The position numbers and the translations under genes are program-made. A stretch of DNA of 51,525 bases from Octopus sinensis. Its lineage: Eukaryota. How positions within the stretch are numbered: position 1 is the first letter of the stretch; every line of letters begins with the position of its first letter. Positions 13,431 through 25,729 of this stretch are shown here, piece after piece. The stretch is taken from contig NW_021833992.1 in the NCBI RefSeq assembly GCF_006345805.1, positions 1 through 51,525 on the forward strand, in the 5' to 3' direction. A model generated the notes under the pieces. The model ran no database searches. It was not told where the DNA came from and saw only the letters and a list, made by a program, of their open reading frames with translations.

Positions 13431-13504
13431 AATCACTGTACCTCCTAAACACTAACTGTACCTCCGAAACTATCACTGTACCTCCGAAACTATCACTGTA
13501 CCTC
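13431..13504 (+). repeat. 20-bp tandem repeat, ~3.7 units (tatcactgtacctccgaaac)
   Basis: Units start at 13431, 13451, 13471 and 13491; derived from the mariner coding sequence. Confidence 0.9.
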
Positions 13505-13667
13505 GGCTGCGTTCTCAAACATCCAGCAGTACTTTAGGATATATTTCGTTTGTGCATAGTTTTGTTGACTCCTTTCGTTATATCTAATGTGTTACATTTA
13601 AAAAAGAATTGAAATTAAATGAGCTATCAGCTTCTAAATTATGCATCCATATTTTGGAGGTACCCTG
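13431..13667 (-). mobile_element. Tc1/mariner 5' end with degenerate transposase N-terminus
   Basis: Minus strand reads TA|CAGGGTACCTCCAAAA (TIR-like), then QTKYILKYCWMFENAAEVQ**FRR, homologous to the peptide at 15745-15931. Confidence 0.7.
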
Positions 13668-13729
13668 TAAGCATACACATATACATATACAAACATACAT
13701 GTTCTTATATATGTATGTTTTTATGCATG

Positions 13730-13765
<36 letters not shown>

Positions 13766-13768
13766 ATA

Positions 13769-13801
<33 letters not shown>

Positions 13802-14225
13802 CACGTTATGTAAATAGAAACACAAGCACAGGTATGTGTATATTCTTATGTGTATAATGACAGGAGTAGGAGACAAACTGAAGCTCAATGAGCGGGAGAA
13901 TGTTTGATGTCTCGAACATATTTGTCTTTCATCTGAACAGGAAAGTAAAAAGGGAAATGAGAGAAAATGAAAAGAGAGAGAAAATAACAGACATGGCAGT
14001 TATTTTCAAGTTTTTGTCTTCCTTCCCCTTTGTCTTTATTCTGTCCAATGAAGGACAAATAATTCCCATACGTCGTTTTTCTTCCCATTCAGCGCCGGTA
14101 TCATACAACTTTTTTTCATGTTATTCTATCGTCTGCGTTATTATACACTTAAACATAGTTTTTTTCAGCACGCTGACCGGGATTCATTCGCTTGCATTTA
14201 TATCGGATCACACCGGATCATCGAG

Positions 14226-14285
<60 letters not shown>

Positions 14286-14474
14286 ATTATACATATATAC
14301 CCACAAGTATACGTACATGTACTTTCTCTGTTTCTATCACATACACATTCATAGACCCGGTTTCGAAACCGTTTCGTCCCACCAAATTTCGCTTTCTAGA
14401 CCAGTGATTATAAACATGGGTCCATACAAAATTTTGTTAAAATTTATGTGCTTATGTGTAATAAATTGATTATA

Positions 14475-14700
14475 CAGGGTGTGCAAAACGCCTCTCCGCT
14501 GTAAGTATTTTATTGCAAAATAAATATTTATAAGATGGTATAAGACTACAAAAGAATATTAGACTTTACAAGACTTTAAAAAACTTTATAAGAGGTCTTG
14601 AAAGTGTCGTCCTTCATTTTCAATACATAAGTTGACTCTTCTGCACATGTTTTGAAATATATCTTGGATTCTGAAGGTTATGACTGTGTCTTTTAGCGGA
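14475..14700 (-). mobile_element. Tc1/mariner 3' end with transposase C-terminus
   Basis: Minus strand encodes LKDTVITFRIQDIFQNMCRRVNLCIENEGRHFQDLL* (stop at 14586-14588), the typical R..C....G.hF C-terminus. The + strand terminus is TA|CAGGGTGTGCAAAA. Confidence 0.8.
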
Positions 14701-14798
14701 GAGACTATTTGAACACACAGTACTTCTATATTAATCACAAATTACTTTAGCAATTCTTTTTTTATAAAACTCCTAATAATATTTAATCGTAAAAATAT

Positions 14799-15504
14799 GA
14801 AGTAATGTTTATCGCCACTTAAACAAGGCTGTTCCGTAGGAACCGACACTGCCGCTATTTTAAATCCCGGAGAATGCCTCCTCCAGCTGGTTATTCGATG
14901 CAATCTGCAGCCGATATGTATTGCAAGCAAAGGAGTGAACCTCTACCTTCTTCTAGCCACAAGACCACCAGACCACATAGTTTCGACCACCAGACCGCAT
15001 GGTTTCGGCCTCTTTCTTCTCACCCTCGGTGGTGGATACTCGCCCGTTAAATAGCGATAAAAACTACTTATCAGTGTAACTACTGGTTGTATCTCTTGTA
15101 GAGATTTTTTAACTAGCCAATTTGCTTGTTGCAAGATCACTGACTGTGTGTCACTTGATCCCTAAACATTGCGAGCTGGAGTGAACTATTGCTGTCTCTA
15201 GCGGACGAGTATCTACCACCAAGGATGATCACAAAGAGGTCGAAACCGTGCTGTCTGATTGCCTCCCCCTGCTTGCAATTATATTTCGGGTGCAGATTGC
15301 ATCGAATAACCAGCTGGAGGTGGCGTCCTCCTGGGATTAAAATAACAGTAATGTCAGTTGCAGCAGAACAGACATGTTTAAATGGCGATAAACATTACTT
15401 CGCAGTTCATTTACTGCTTTACATGCGGTCTGGTGGTCGAAACTATGCGGTCTGGTGGTCTTGTGGCTAGAAGAAGGTAGAGGTTCACACCTTTGCTTGC
15501 AATA
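14799..15504. repeat. Modular inverted repeat inside the hAT element
   Basis: 14919-15001 vs 15422-15504 are 81/83 complementary. 14799-14918 vs ~15270-15401 and 15002-15056 vs 15190-15251 are more diverged inverted pairs. Confidence 0.92.
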
Positions 15505-15744
15505 AATTGAGATTTTCTTAAGTAGCTAATTTGCTTGTGATAAAAATATGGTCTTTTCAATATCGAATGAGTATGAAGTCTACCCAAGTAAAACATGGTC
15601 TATAAGTAAAACAAAATGGTTGAAAATCACTGCTCAAGACATTGGCCAACTCGAGACTCTACAACAAAGACATCACGCAGTGTAACTGAAACGAAAGCTA
15701 CGTGATCCGTGATGGCAAAGTGAAACTCTCAACAGCAAAATAAT

Positions 15745-16023
15745 CCCTCCGCTGGACATTCTGAACAATTGCATCTCCTTCAAACTTATCTTTAATGCGA
15801 GTGATCGTACGTTCCGTAGATGAATCTGTTTGAAACATTTTCCTGAACTATCTTTACTCTTCGACTGCATTTCCAAACTTCCAGTAACATATTTGAATAA
15901 ATTCCCTTTGTTCAAAGCTTAGTCTTGCTCCTTATTATATTTCTAATGGATGAAATCTAAAAGGAAGTAAAAATTGGATGACCAACTGGTAAAATGAGTT
16001 GTATACATTTTTGGAGGGGTCAG
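15745..16023 (-). mobile_element. Tc1/mariner 5' end with degenerate transposase N-terminus
   Basis: Minus strand encodes GARLSFEQREFIQICYWKFGNAVEE*R*FRKMFQTDSSTERTITRIKDKFEGDAIVQNV. Degenerate terminus tactgacccctccaaaaatg resembles the one at 13667. Confidence 0.75.
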
Positions 16024-16069
16024 TATATGCATGTGTATATATATATATTTATATATATATATATAAAAT

Positions 16070-16360
16070 CTCCTTCCGTTACAATGATTGCAGCTAGAAA
16101 GTTCCATTCCGATGTTCAAGTCCGGGCAAAATTGTTTGTGGAAGACCAGTAGTCGTCCAAGCATACCAGCCAACGTCGTTGTCCAAGAGAAATGCGAAGG
16201 ACGATACAACTTGGCACCAGCGACTTCGCGACTCATTTCTACAGCTGAGTCAACTGGGGCAACGTGAAAAGAACATTAACACACAGCACAGTCCGGGGAA
16301 CCAAACCCAAAACATCATGATTATAAGACCGACCATCTAACCACTTGACCATGCGTCTTC
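16070..16360 (-). mobile_element. SINE family C, tail type shared with 34467-34812
   Basis: ctagaaagttcc...aagtccgggcaa..ttgttt..ggaagaccag tail, acagctgagt core and a tRNA-like head. Confidence 0.75.
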
Positions 16361-16575
16361 ACACACACACGCACACACGCACACACGCACACATAAACAT
16401 ATGCATACATACACACAAGCGAACACACAAAGATGTATATGTATTTTGCTGAGATATATGGTATATATAATTACAAAACTATTTTTGTACCAACATAATT
16501 ATAATCATCATAAATAAAATGTTATTGTGCGTTTACTTAAGTCGTTTTATGCTCCCCCCTTTAAAAATGCTCACA

Positions 16576-16622
<47 letters not shown>

Positions 16623-16934
16623 AGAAAACGTAAGTAGCACAGTGATGTGTGATGAATATATTATATATATATATGTTTGTGTAACTGTATTTGTTGTGCG
16701 TGTGTATTTGCCCACAACGCATATTTACGCCCATATATATATGTATGTGTGTGTGTGCGTGGTTGTGTGTTCAAATACACACATACTAATTTCCAAAGAA
16801 AACAACACGGGAGATACAATGGAAGATAGTATGGTGAATAGTGTTAATATAATGAGAAGGAAAAATGTAACTTATATTCATACACATGCTGGATAATTAT
16901 ACACTCATACCAAACACACACATATATGTGTGAA

Positions 16935-17002
<68 letters not shown>

Positions 17003-17159
17003 CAGAGAGAGAATGAGAGACAGAGAGAAGGGAAAGAAGGAAAGTTGTTTTATATTATTTGTGTAACAATATGTGTGCGTGCATATAAAAATAGTCATAT
17101 ATACATGTGTGTATCTATATACGTGCATTTACATATATACATATAGATACATACATATA

Positions 17160-17228
<69 letters not shown>

Positions 17229-18014
17229 ATAGACAGATAGGTATGTATGTGTGTGTGTATATATAAATAGATAGATGGAATGATAGATAGATAGATAGCT
17301 ACGTAGATAAATAAATAGACAGAAAGGCGGACGGACAAATAGAGAGGCATAGTGAGAGACTGATCGATCGATTGATAGATAGATAATGTTTGAAAGGATA
17401 TCTTTCAGTACTCTGTTTCTGTTCTAAATGTAGAAAATTAATTTTCTAGTGAAATAAAAGCAATTTACTTCTTTGATTAAACTCACCCGAATAAATTAAT
17501 CTTGGAGAAAATGAAAAGAAGGTAAACAGAAGCAAAATTACCTTCAACTCACCAATCTCCAAACATACATTCTTGCAGACTTTCACTTGGAAAACTGCTA
17601 AATTGCATTTTCAATAAGACATACCGGAGATCTGCTAGGAAAAAAAATATAAATAAATGGATAAATAAATAAACTGATAGATAAAAATGACAAAAGTATA
17701 ATAAATGAAATAACTAAGTAATTCTTATGACGTTAGCAGCGAATTTTAAAATGCTTCGTGTGTAGGTTCTTGCGTATATGTATACACCCACAATGCACAG
17801 AGGCACATACACAGACGCACACACAGAGAGGCACACTTACACACACGTATCTATATCTATGTGTAATCCTATGAGCGTGTGTGTACGTATTTACGAATAT
17901 ATATATATATATTACCTATAAACATATGTATACAAGCACATACTTATACAAATATCCGTATACATAAATCCATTTACTTGCACATACACACCACACGCAC
18001 ACACGCAGACACAT

Positions 18015-18056
<42 letters not shown>

Positions 18057-18394
18057 TCATTTTTCTGCTGTAATTTAGAAGATATCTGTAGTATTTACAG
18101 TGTGCAGTCAGCACCGTATGTAACGGCAGATACAAAGGTTTTATCTTTACATATGATATCGCAGTGAAGAGAAAAAGAAAGCAGAGTCGGTACGTTTCCG
18201 TTGTATCTTCGGACTTCATCAATGACCTGCTACACTCCTTAATTGTCTACAGAGGCAGGGATTATAAACCCACTAATCAGTAATGGATTAAGTAAGTAGT
18301 AGAGCCTGATTTGCATATATCATGTATTCTTGGCAGCTAGTCCTGTTGATACAGTATTGGCGCGTTAACAGTTTTGTTATACTGTTATTATTCA

Positions 18395-18673
18395 AGCACC
18401 CTTTTCAAGCCTAACCACCAGGCTCATGGGTCCAGTTTCCCGTTTTCTGTGGCGTATGTGTAGCCCTCAGCTGGACAGGACACCAGTCCATTGCAGCGTT
18501 ACCCATGAAACAAGAAGAAAGAGTTAGAGAAAGTTGGGGCCTCCTGCAGGAGCCTCGTGGGGCTTTTTAGGTGTTTTCGCTCAATAAACATACACAACGC
18601 CCGGTCTGGGAATCGAAACCACGATCCTCCGACCGCGATTCTGTTGCCCTAACCACTGGGCCATTGCGCCTCC
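18395..18673 (-). mobile_element. SINE family D carrying the tail shared with the adjacent SINE-C
   Basis: Head ggaggcgcaatggcccagtggttagg with B-box ggtttcgattcc; tail ...aatggactggtgtcctgtccagctg...ggttaggc. Confidence 0.85.
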
Positions 18674-18675
18674 AC

Positions 18676-18912
18676 TCGCTCTTTTAAAACCTAACCAGGC
18701 TCATGGGCCCGGTTTCCCGGTTTCAATGGCGTATGCGTTCCCCAGCTGGACGGGACGCCAGTCCATTGCAGCGTTACTCATTTTTGCCAGCTGAGTGGAG
18801 CAACGAGAAATGAAGTGTTTTGCTCAAAAACACAACGCATCGCCCGGTCCAGGAATCGAAACCACAATCTTACGATCATGATGCTGACATCCTAACCGCT
18901 AACCCACGCGCA
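18676..18912 (-). mobile_element. SINE family C
   Basis: Head with ggtttcgattcctggaccggg; core gtgtttttgagcaaaacacttcatttc...cactcagctggcaaaaatgagtaacgctgcaatggactggcgtcccgtccag. Confidence 0.88.
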
Positions 18913-19019
18913 TACACTTTATTATATTGTTCTAAAGAATATGTCTATTGAGATATTTTGTAGTATTGAATAGCATTGTACGAAAACACTGTTAATACGC
19001 TATTAGTTCACATTTATAT

Positions 19020-19262
19020 GCAGATGGCCGAGAGGTTAAGGTGTGGCACTCATGATCGCAAGATTGTGTATTCGATTCTCAGAACGGTGATGTGTTCTTG
19101 AGCAAAACACTTAATTTACTGTTGTAAACGCGTAACTCTCTGGCAGACTAGCGTTCCGTTCAAGAGGAGTGTCGGCCTAGCCGTCTAACCAATGGGATGG
19201 CGTCATGCAAAATTCAAAAAATGCGCGAAAGCGACTTGTGACATGCGGTAGTCGATAGTCAT
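19020..19262 (+). mobile_element. SINE family C, degenerate, inverted relative to the 18676-18912 copy
   Basis: tggccgagaggttaagg...ttcgattc...gtgttcttgagcaaaacactt. Confidence 0.7.
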
Positions 19263-19358
19263 ACAGTGGTATAATTACATACATATTTACATGCTTACAT
19301 ATATATAGCGTCATACACACATACATAAATACATTCATTTATATATTATATATATGTG

Positions 19359-19425
<67 letters not shown>

Positions 19426-19452
19426 ATATATAGATATATATATATATATGTA

Positions 19453-19535
<83 letters not shown>

Positions 19536-19869
19536 CAGACTTTCGTGTCGTATAGCCAGATGGAGACGATGTTTCCTGGGGCTAAATAGCAGTGGCGTTC
19601 GTCCTAACCAGGATTGCCACATTATGTTGGCAAATAGTCTTTACTCTAGAGTACTGTTACTGAATGTCTCTCGTTGAAAGATTTATAAATAGTAATTATA
19701 TATATATTTTCTTTGCAACAAACGAAAGAAAGAGGGCTCAACATATGTAGTAGCGTATATATTTATTTAGGAAACAACGACTCAAATGTTCTCATGATAT
19801 AATGCTTTTAAATGAATACGAATATGAATGTCTTCTACAGAGAAAATCCCGGTTAAGTCGGTATTTACT

Positions 19870-20078
19870 TATTTCTTTACTACCCGCAAGGGGACAAACA
19901 AGGACAGACAAACGGATTAAGTCGGTTACATCGATCCCAGTGCGTAACTGGTACTTAATTTATCGACCCCGAAAGGATGAAAGGCAAAGTCGACTTCGGC
20001 GGAATTTGAACTCAGAACGTAACGGCACACGAAATACGGCGACGCCCGGCGTGCTAACGTTTCTGCCAGCTCGCCGCC
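19870..20078 (-). mobile_element. SINE-B with head, tail and a perfect 17-bp TSD
   Basis: ttaagtcggtatttact at 19853-19869 and again at 20079-20095. Confidence 0.93.
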
Positions 20079-21655
20079 TTAAGTCGGTATTTACTGCTTG
20101 GTAGGGGTATGGTCATTTGGAAGGCGGTTTTTCCACTCGAAATAACTGACAACTTGCGTGAGTTGTTAGTTACTACTAATTTATTCTAACTACATGGAGG
20201 AAAACGCTACAGACGACTAACAACAAAGACTTTCACTGCTTGAGTCAGAGATCTTCTCTCTCTGCCGCAACAGAAATTAATTCATTCTGAATAATTTTTT
20301 TGCGGTGTATCTCCACAATTTAAAAAATCCATGAAATGTATAAATCAAAGCTGACAGATGCTAACAAACTCCGTAGAACAAACATTGGTATTACATTGGT
20401 TGATTTCAGTATCTATATTAACATCTGTTCGCAGCATTGTTTTAACTGTTACTGTTTAGCACTAGATCACGACTGTTTAGTCTTTGCTTATTCAGACAAT
20501 GGACTAGATTCTCCATTTTATCTTTACTTTCTTAAGCGAGTAGAATGTGCGTAGTGGGTACCATATTGTCAAATACGTGGGTCTGTGGAGGTTATGTATT
20601 TTCACAATTGAGAAAAATGAAATCTTGAAATACAAATACGTAAGTCAATGTTGCATATGTTGAAACATATAAAGATGCAGATATTTTATATATATTCTGT
20701 GGTTTCTTTGTTTCAGTACCTAACATTCATTAGGAATTAGAAAATGCTGGCACCAGCATATCCTACTGTACTACAATATGAAGACGCATGGCCTAATGAT
20801 TAGATAAGTGGATTCGTGATCAGGATGTCATCAGTGCGATTCTAGTTTCGAGAGACGCGTTGTGTCCTTGGCAAAAGGCACCGATAAAATACATACCATG
20901 CTTAAATATGAAATGTACTGAGGTAGATTCATTCGACTAAAATTTTTCATCTGTTGGGGCGAGCGGTCAAATGTCGCTCAAGTCACACTGCACAGTTTTA
21001 AAGAAAGTGACAGATATTGAAGTTTATGTATATGTAACAGAGTTCAACACGGCTTTGAATATATCCATCATCATCATGTATATTGCATTGTGCATCGTAT
21101 CATAAAAGATTTTTTTGAACTAATCAGACGAATAATATTGGTCGTTACGTTCTAATTTTGTAGAGCAGAGAGAATAGTAGTCTGGAAGAATTAAAATCAG
21201 CAGTGAAAAGTAATGAAACATTTTTAATATCATAGAACTATTTATGTGTGATAGCATCGAATTACAACATTTTATTTGGAGAAAGATGGCATCAGCTGTA
21301 GAGAACGGAAACCACACAAGACTGCGAATAAAATACAAACAATTGACTTATTTTAACGTAATGACTGCGTCTTGCGTGAATTTTGTAGGGTGCACGCTGT
21401 GGAAGGTATTCGGGCTGGGTTTCTGGCCTAAATCTGGTTTAACGATATCTTTCTCCACTTTCTCTAACAATTACCCAGATCTCAAGAAGAGTTAATGATT
21501 CTTCGATTCATCCTTCTAGAAATGCTACATGTCAGTAGGTTACCAATAACTTTTTGGATATCAACTGCAACATCACTGCAGTAAGGAAACCTTTGCAAAG
21601 CTGCTGGTACTGTGTATCTGAGTCAAGTAATTATCATTATTATATACTAACGAAA

Positions 21656-22140
21656 GACGGCTAGCTGGCAGAATCGTTAGGTCACCGGGCGAATTGCTTG
21701 ACTGTATTTCGTATGCCGCTACGTTCTGAGTTCCAATTTCGCCGAGGTCAACTTTGCTTTTTATCCTTTCTGGGTCGATAAATTAAGTGCCAGTAAAGTA
21801 CTGGGGTCAAAGTGATTGACTTAAACCCCTCATCAAAATTTCAGGCCTTGTTCCTTCAGTAGAAATTATTGTTATACACTAACTAAAGGAATAATTACCT
21901 AATTATGCCTTTTATTAGTTGATTATGACTAATTAACTGGCATAATCGTAAGCACGCTGGACAATATGCTTAGCGACATTTAGTGCGCCCATACGTTCTA
22001 AGTTCAAATTCCACCGAGGCCGACTTTGCCTTTCATCCTTTTGGAGTCGATAAATTAAGTACCAGTGGAGTACTGGGGTCGATGTAATCGTCTAGTCCTC
22101 TCCCCCATATTTCAGGCCTTGTGTCTATAGTAGAAATAAT
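21656..22140 (+). mobile_element. Two tandem SINE-B copies (21656-21870, 21935-22140)
   Basis: Each has the head, B-box, central domain and an atttcaggccttgt...agtagaaat tail. Confidence 0.88.
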
Positions 22141-22351
22141 TAGTATATTCTGATTAAAGAACAGTTGATTAAAGGCATTAGTAGAAGGACCTACAGAGTT
22201 CTATCCCACCGTTTCCTATTTCCAGGAGTCTATAAAATAAAGGGCCGCTTCTCGACTCATTCGATTAACTTTGTCCGCCAAATTTGTGACCGAAGAAATA
22301 ATTTTCATACTTTTATTTATTCGGACAAATCTTCTCATCTATGCAGTTGCA

Positions 22352-22775
22352 GGCGCAGGCGAGTTTGTGTGGGTAAGTTTTCTTCCCAACCCATGGTTCC
22401 GAGTTTAGTCTCACTGTTCCGCTATGTGGCACCTTAGGTAAATGTCTTTTGTGATAGCCTTGGGCCGATGAAAGCCTTAAGGGTAGATTTGGTAGACGAA
22501 ACTGAAAGAAAACCGTCGTATATATATATATAAACGCGTATGTGTGTGTGTGTGCGCGCGCGCCTTTCTGTCTGTGTTTGTCCCCCACCATCGTTTGACA
22601 ATCGATGGTGGTGTGTGATTACGCCCCCGTCATATTAACGGTTCGGCAAATTGGAGCCGATCGAACAAGCACAAGGTTTTAAAACAAGTACTAGGAGCGA
22701 TTCATTCCATTAAGATTCTTCAAGGCTGTACCCCAGCATGGTCGCAGTCTAATGACTGAAACACTTAAAAGATAC
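22352..22775 (+). mobile_element. SINE family A
   Basis: ggcgcaggc...gtggcaccttagg..aaatgtc core, internal (AT)/(GT) tract, ccagcatggtcgcagtctaatgactgaaac tail. Confidence 0.85.
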
Positions 22776-23198
22776 ATAGGAAAGATATTACAGTCATAGC
22801 GTTTCGGTCATTGTATAGGCTTCGTCAGTTTGCCTTATAGGCCTGAATTCTGTCCTTGTACTAGGCAATCTTAAAGAAAAAACAGAAAATGCCAACTGCA
22901 GTGGAATATGGAAATAGCATCACATGTAGCAAAATAACTAATATAGATAAGAATTCCCTACAGCGATGGATTAAAAGAAAATTTCCCTTTGAAATTTTTG
23001 AGATCGTTAGTGCGCACGACAGGCATTTGTAGAGCACTGAGAATGGCTTTTGATCTCAGTGAGATTTGAATTCAGAACGTAAAGAACCGAAAAAATATCA
23101 GAAGTTATTTTCCGACACTCTTATGATTGCTCGGCACCAACGATTCTGCCAGTTAGCCACCTTAGTAATAACAACAGCAACAACAACAACAATAACAA

Positions 23199-24496
23199 TT
23201 GAACAAATTAACAGAGAAAGAAATGACAGAAAAATTTAAGATGGAGTACTTGTGCAGACTGAGACTGATCCTTAAGTTGAAATTAAGAGGACGGAATAAG
23301 ATTGAAGCTATCAATACCTGGGTGGTTTCACTCCTTAGATATGGAGTAGTGGTAATCACATGGACAGTAGACGAACTAAACAGCTTAGACAGAAAAACAA
23401 GGAAGTTGCTAATAAGATATGGGACACTCCACCCAAAACATGACACAGACAGACTATATGTACCATGAAAAAGGGGGAAGAGAACTTATTGGATGCGAAC
23501 ACAGCACTAGAGCAGAAGAAAACAACATAGCATGGTATATAAAAAATACCACAGAACCGCTATTATTAGATGTAAGAACGTCAGGATTGTGTAGGATGAA
23601 AGATTGCAAAGATAAAGCATTGTACAAGCAAATGAAAACGAATGAAACAGAAAATAGGTGAGTAAAGAAAAGAATGCATGATCAATTTCTTAGGGATGTT
23701 GAAGATAAGACGGAGATAAAAGATGTCTGTGGATGACTAAAAGTGATTTGATATTGGAAAAGGAGGGTCTAATCTGTACTGCCCGGGAGCAAGCACTAAG
23801 AACAAACTACATAAAATGCAGAGTAGACAACACATCAGTAAGTGATAAATGCAGAATCTGTGGACAAAATGGTGAAACCGTATGGCATATTACCAGCTAA
23901 TGTACGCCACTAGCCCAGAAGGAATATAAGAGACGCCACGACGATATAGCTAGGCTTGTCCATTGGACACTTTGCAACAAGTATGGACAAGACAGAGCAA
24001 AACATTGGTACGACCACAAACCCGAAGGCATTGTCGAAAATAGAAATGCAAAGTTCCTGTGGGATTTTATGATTCAGTGCGACTATGAGATAGAGAATAG
24101 GAAGCCAGACATAGTCTTAATTGAGAAAGAAACCAAAGTATGCTTGATCGTTGATATAGCATGCCCATCTGACGACATGGTATGCAATAAGGAAGAAAGA
24201 AAAGTCAATATGTATGACAGGTTAGCTTGGGGGGTAAAGCAGTTGTTGGCGATGAAAAAGGTAGTAGTGGTACCAATAACTGTCGGAGCCCTGAGAACAG
24301 TGAGTAAAAATCTCTGGAAGTACATGGAACAAATAGGGGCTGCAATAAGGGTGGAGCACTTGCAGAAAACAGCACTGCTTGGAACCGCTGGAATACTCCG
24401 GAAGATGATCGAAGAATAAGAGGTGTTACCTCAGTACACTGGTAGTGAACAGCTGACACCGTAGTACATCTCCTGCGATAGAAGCTGTGCAAAGTC
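23199..24496 (+). mobile_element. 5'-truncated non-LTR retrotransposon, R4/Dong-type (RLE endonuclease), pseudogenised
   Basis: Post-RT region, zinc knuckle CRICGQNGETVWHITS*C, RRHD, RLE motif KPDIV..IVDIACP.D....KEERK and C-terminus LQKTALLGTAGILRKMIEE*. Contains stops and frameshifts. (AAC)n on the 5' side and a long (AAT)n on the 3' side. Confidence 0.93.
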
Positions 24497-24542
24497 AATA
24501 ATAATAATAATAATAATAATAATGATGATGATAACGATAATG

Positions 24543-24604
<62 letters not shown>

Positions 24605-24630
24605 GAATAATGATAATGATAATAATAATA

Positions 24631-24687
<57 letters not shown>

Positions 24688-24711
24688 TGATAATAATAAC
24701 AAAAATAATAA

Positions 24712-24764
<53 letters not shown>

Positions 24765-24812
24765 TAAGAAGAAGAAGGAGGAGGAGGAGGAGGAGGAGGA
24801 GGAGAAGGAGAA
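24497..24812. repeat. (AAT)n microsatellite followed by (GAA/GGA)n
   Basis: Directly visible. Confidence 0.95.
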
Positions 24813-25094
24813 GTAAATAAATAAATAAATAAAAAGTTTCAAAAATATAGAAGTATTATTAGAAAAGAAGCAAAGATCGATTAAGCAAATAAATAAAGTG
24901 AATATTGTGACGAAAAAATTACGAGTTGAATTTTTTGTTGTGGATATTAAGAAAATATATAAAAATATATATAAAGAAAAAAAACGAAAGAAACACACAA
25001 ACTCACAATCTTAAATAACTGCATTTAATAAAACAAGAAAGAAAATATTACGCGATCGAATTATTTTGTTGTTTGCTGTTGTTGTTCTTGTTGA

Positions 25095-25232
25095 TCATCA
25101 TTACCATCATCATCATTACCGCCAATATCATCATCACATCACCATCATCATCATTACCACCACCGCCACCACCATTCTCACCATCATTGTCATCACCACA
25201 ATCATCAATACCACTAACACCAACACCACCAC

Positions 25233-25309
<77 letters not shown>

Positions 25310-25413
25310 CCACCATCATCATCACCACCATCATCATTACCACCAACACCACCACCATTATCATCATCACCATCACCAGCACCATCATCATCACCATCAT
25401 CAGCACCATCACC

Positions 25414-25447
<34 letters not shown>

Positions 25448-25574
25448 CCACAACCATCATCCTCACATAATCATCATCATTACCACCACCACCACCATCA
25501 TCATCATCACCACCATCATCATCACCACCATCATCATCACCACCACCACCACTACCACCACCACTACCACCACC

Positions 25575-25622
<48 letters not shown>

Positions 25623-25670
25623 TTCTTCTTTTTCTTCTTCTTCTTCTTCTTCTTCTTCGTCGTCGTCGTC
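25095..25670. repeat. Compound (ATC)/(ACC)/(TTC) trinucleotide tract
   Basis: Directly visible. Confidence 0.95.
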
Positions 25671-25729
25671 TCCTTCCACGGTAATGGCTTGCTCGCTGAT
25701 TTCGCGGGTAGAATTGCATAACAGGAATA

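Larger units (their letters stand above)
14402..15632. mobile_element. Non-autonomous hAT (Charlie/Buster-like) DNA transposon
   Basis: Termini cagtgattataaacat... and ...tggttgaaaatcactg (12/16 complementary). The 8-bp flanks ttctagac and ctcaagac match at 6/8 and fit the NTCTAGAN target consensus of Charlie/Buster hATs. Confidence 0.65.

Noticed and set aside
13431-13504. Regular short repeats suggestive of CRISPR
   Set aside because: Contiguous tandem units without unique spacers, in eukaryotic DNA with no cas genes.
18101-18195. Possible exon (tttacag|CAVSTVCNGRYKGFIFTYDIAVKRKRKQS|gtacgt)
   Set aside because: No recognisable protein similarity; such splice-like sites are common by chance.
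21164-21630. Possible small exons in unique sequence (e.g. SRENSSLEELKSAVK)
   Set aside because: No recognisable homology and no consistent exon chain.
24069-24419. 116-aa ORF as a functional stand-alone nuclease gene
   Set aside because: It is the RLE C-terminus of a truncated retrotransposon whose upstream frame has stops and frameshifts.
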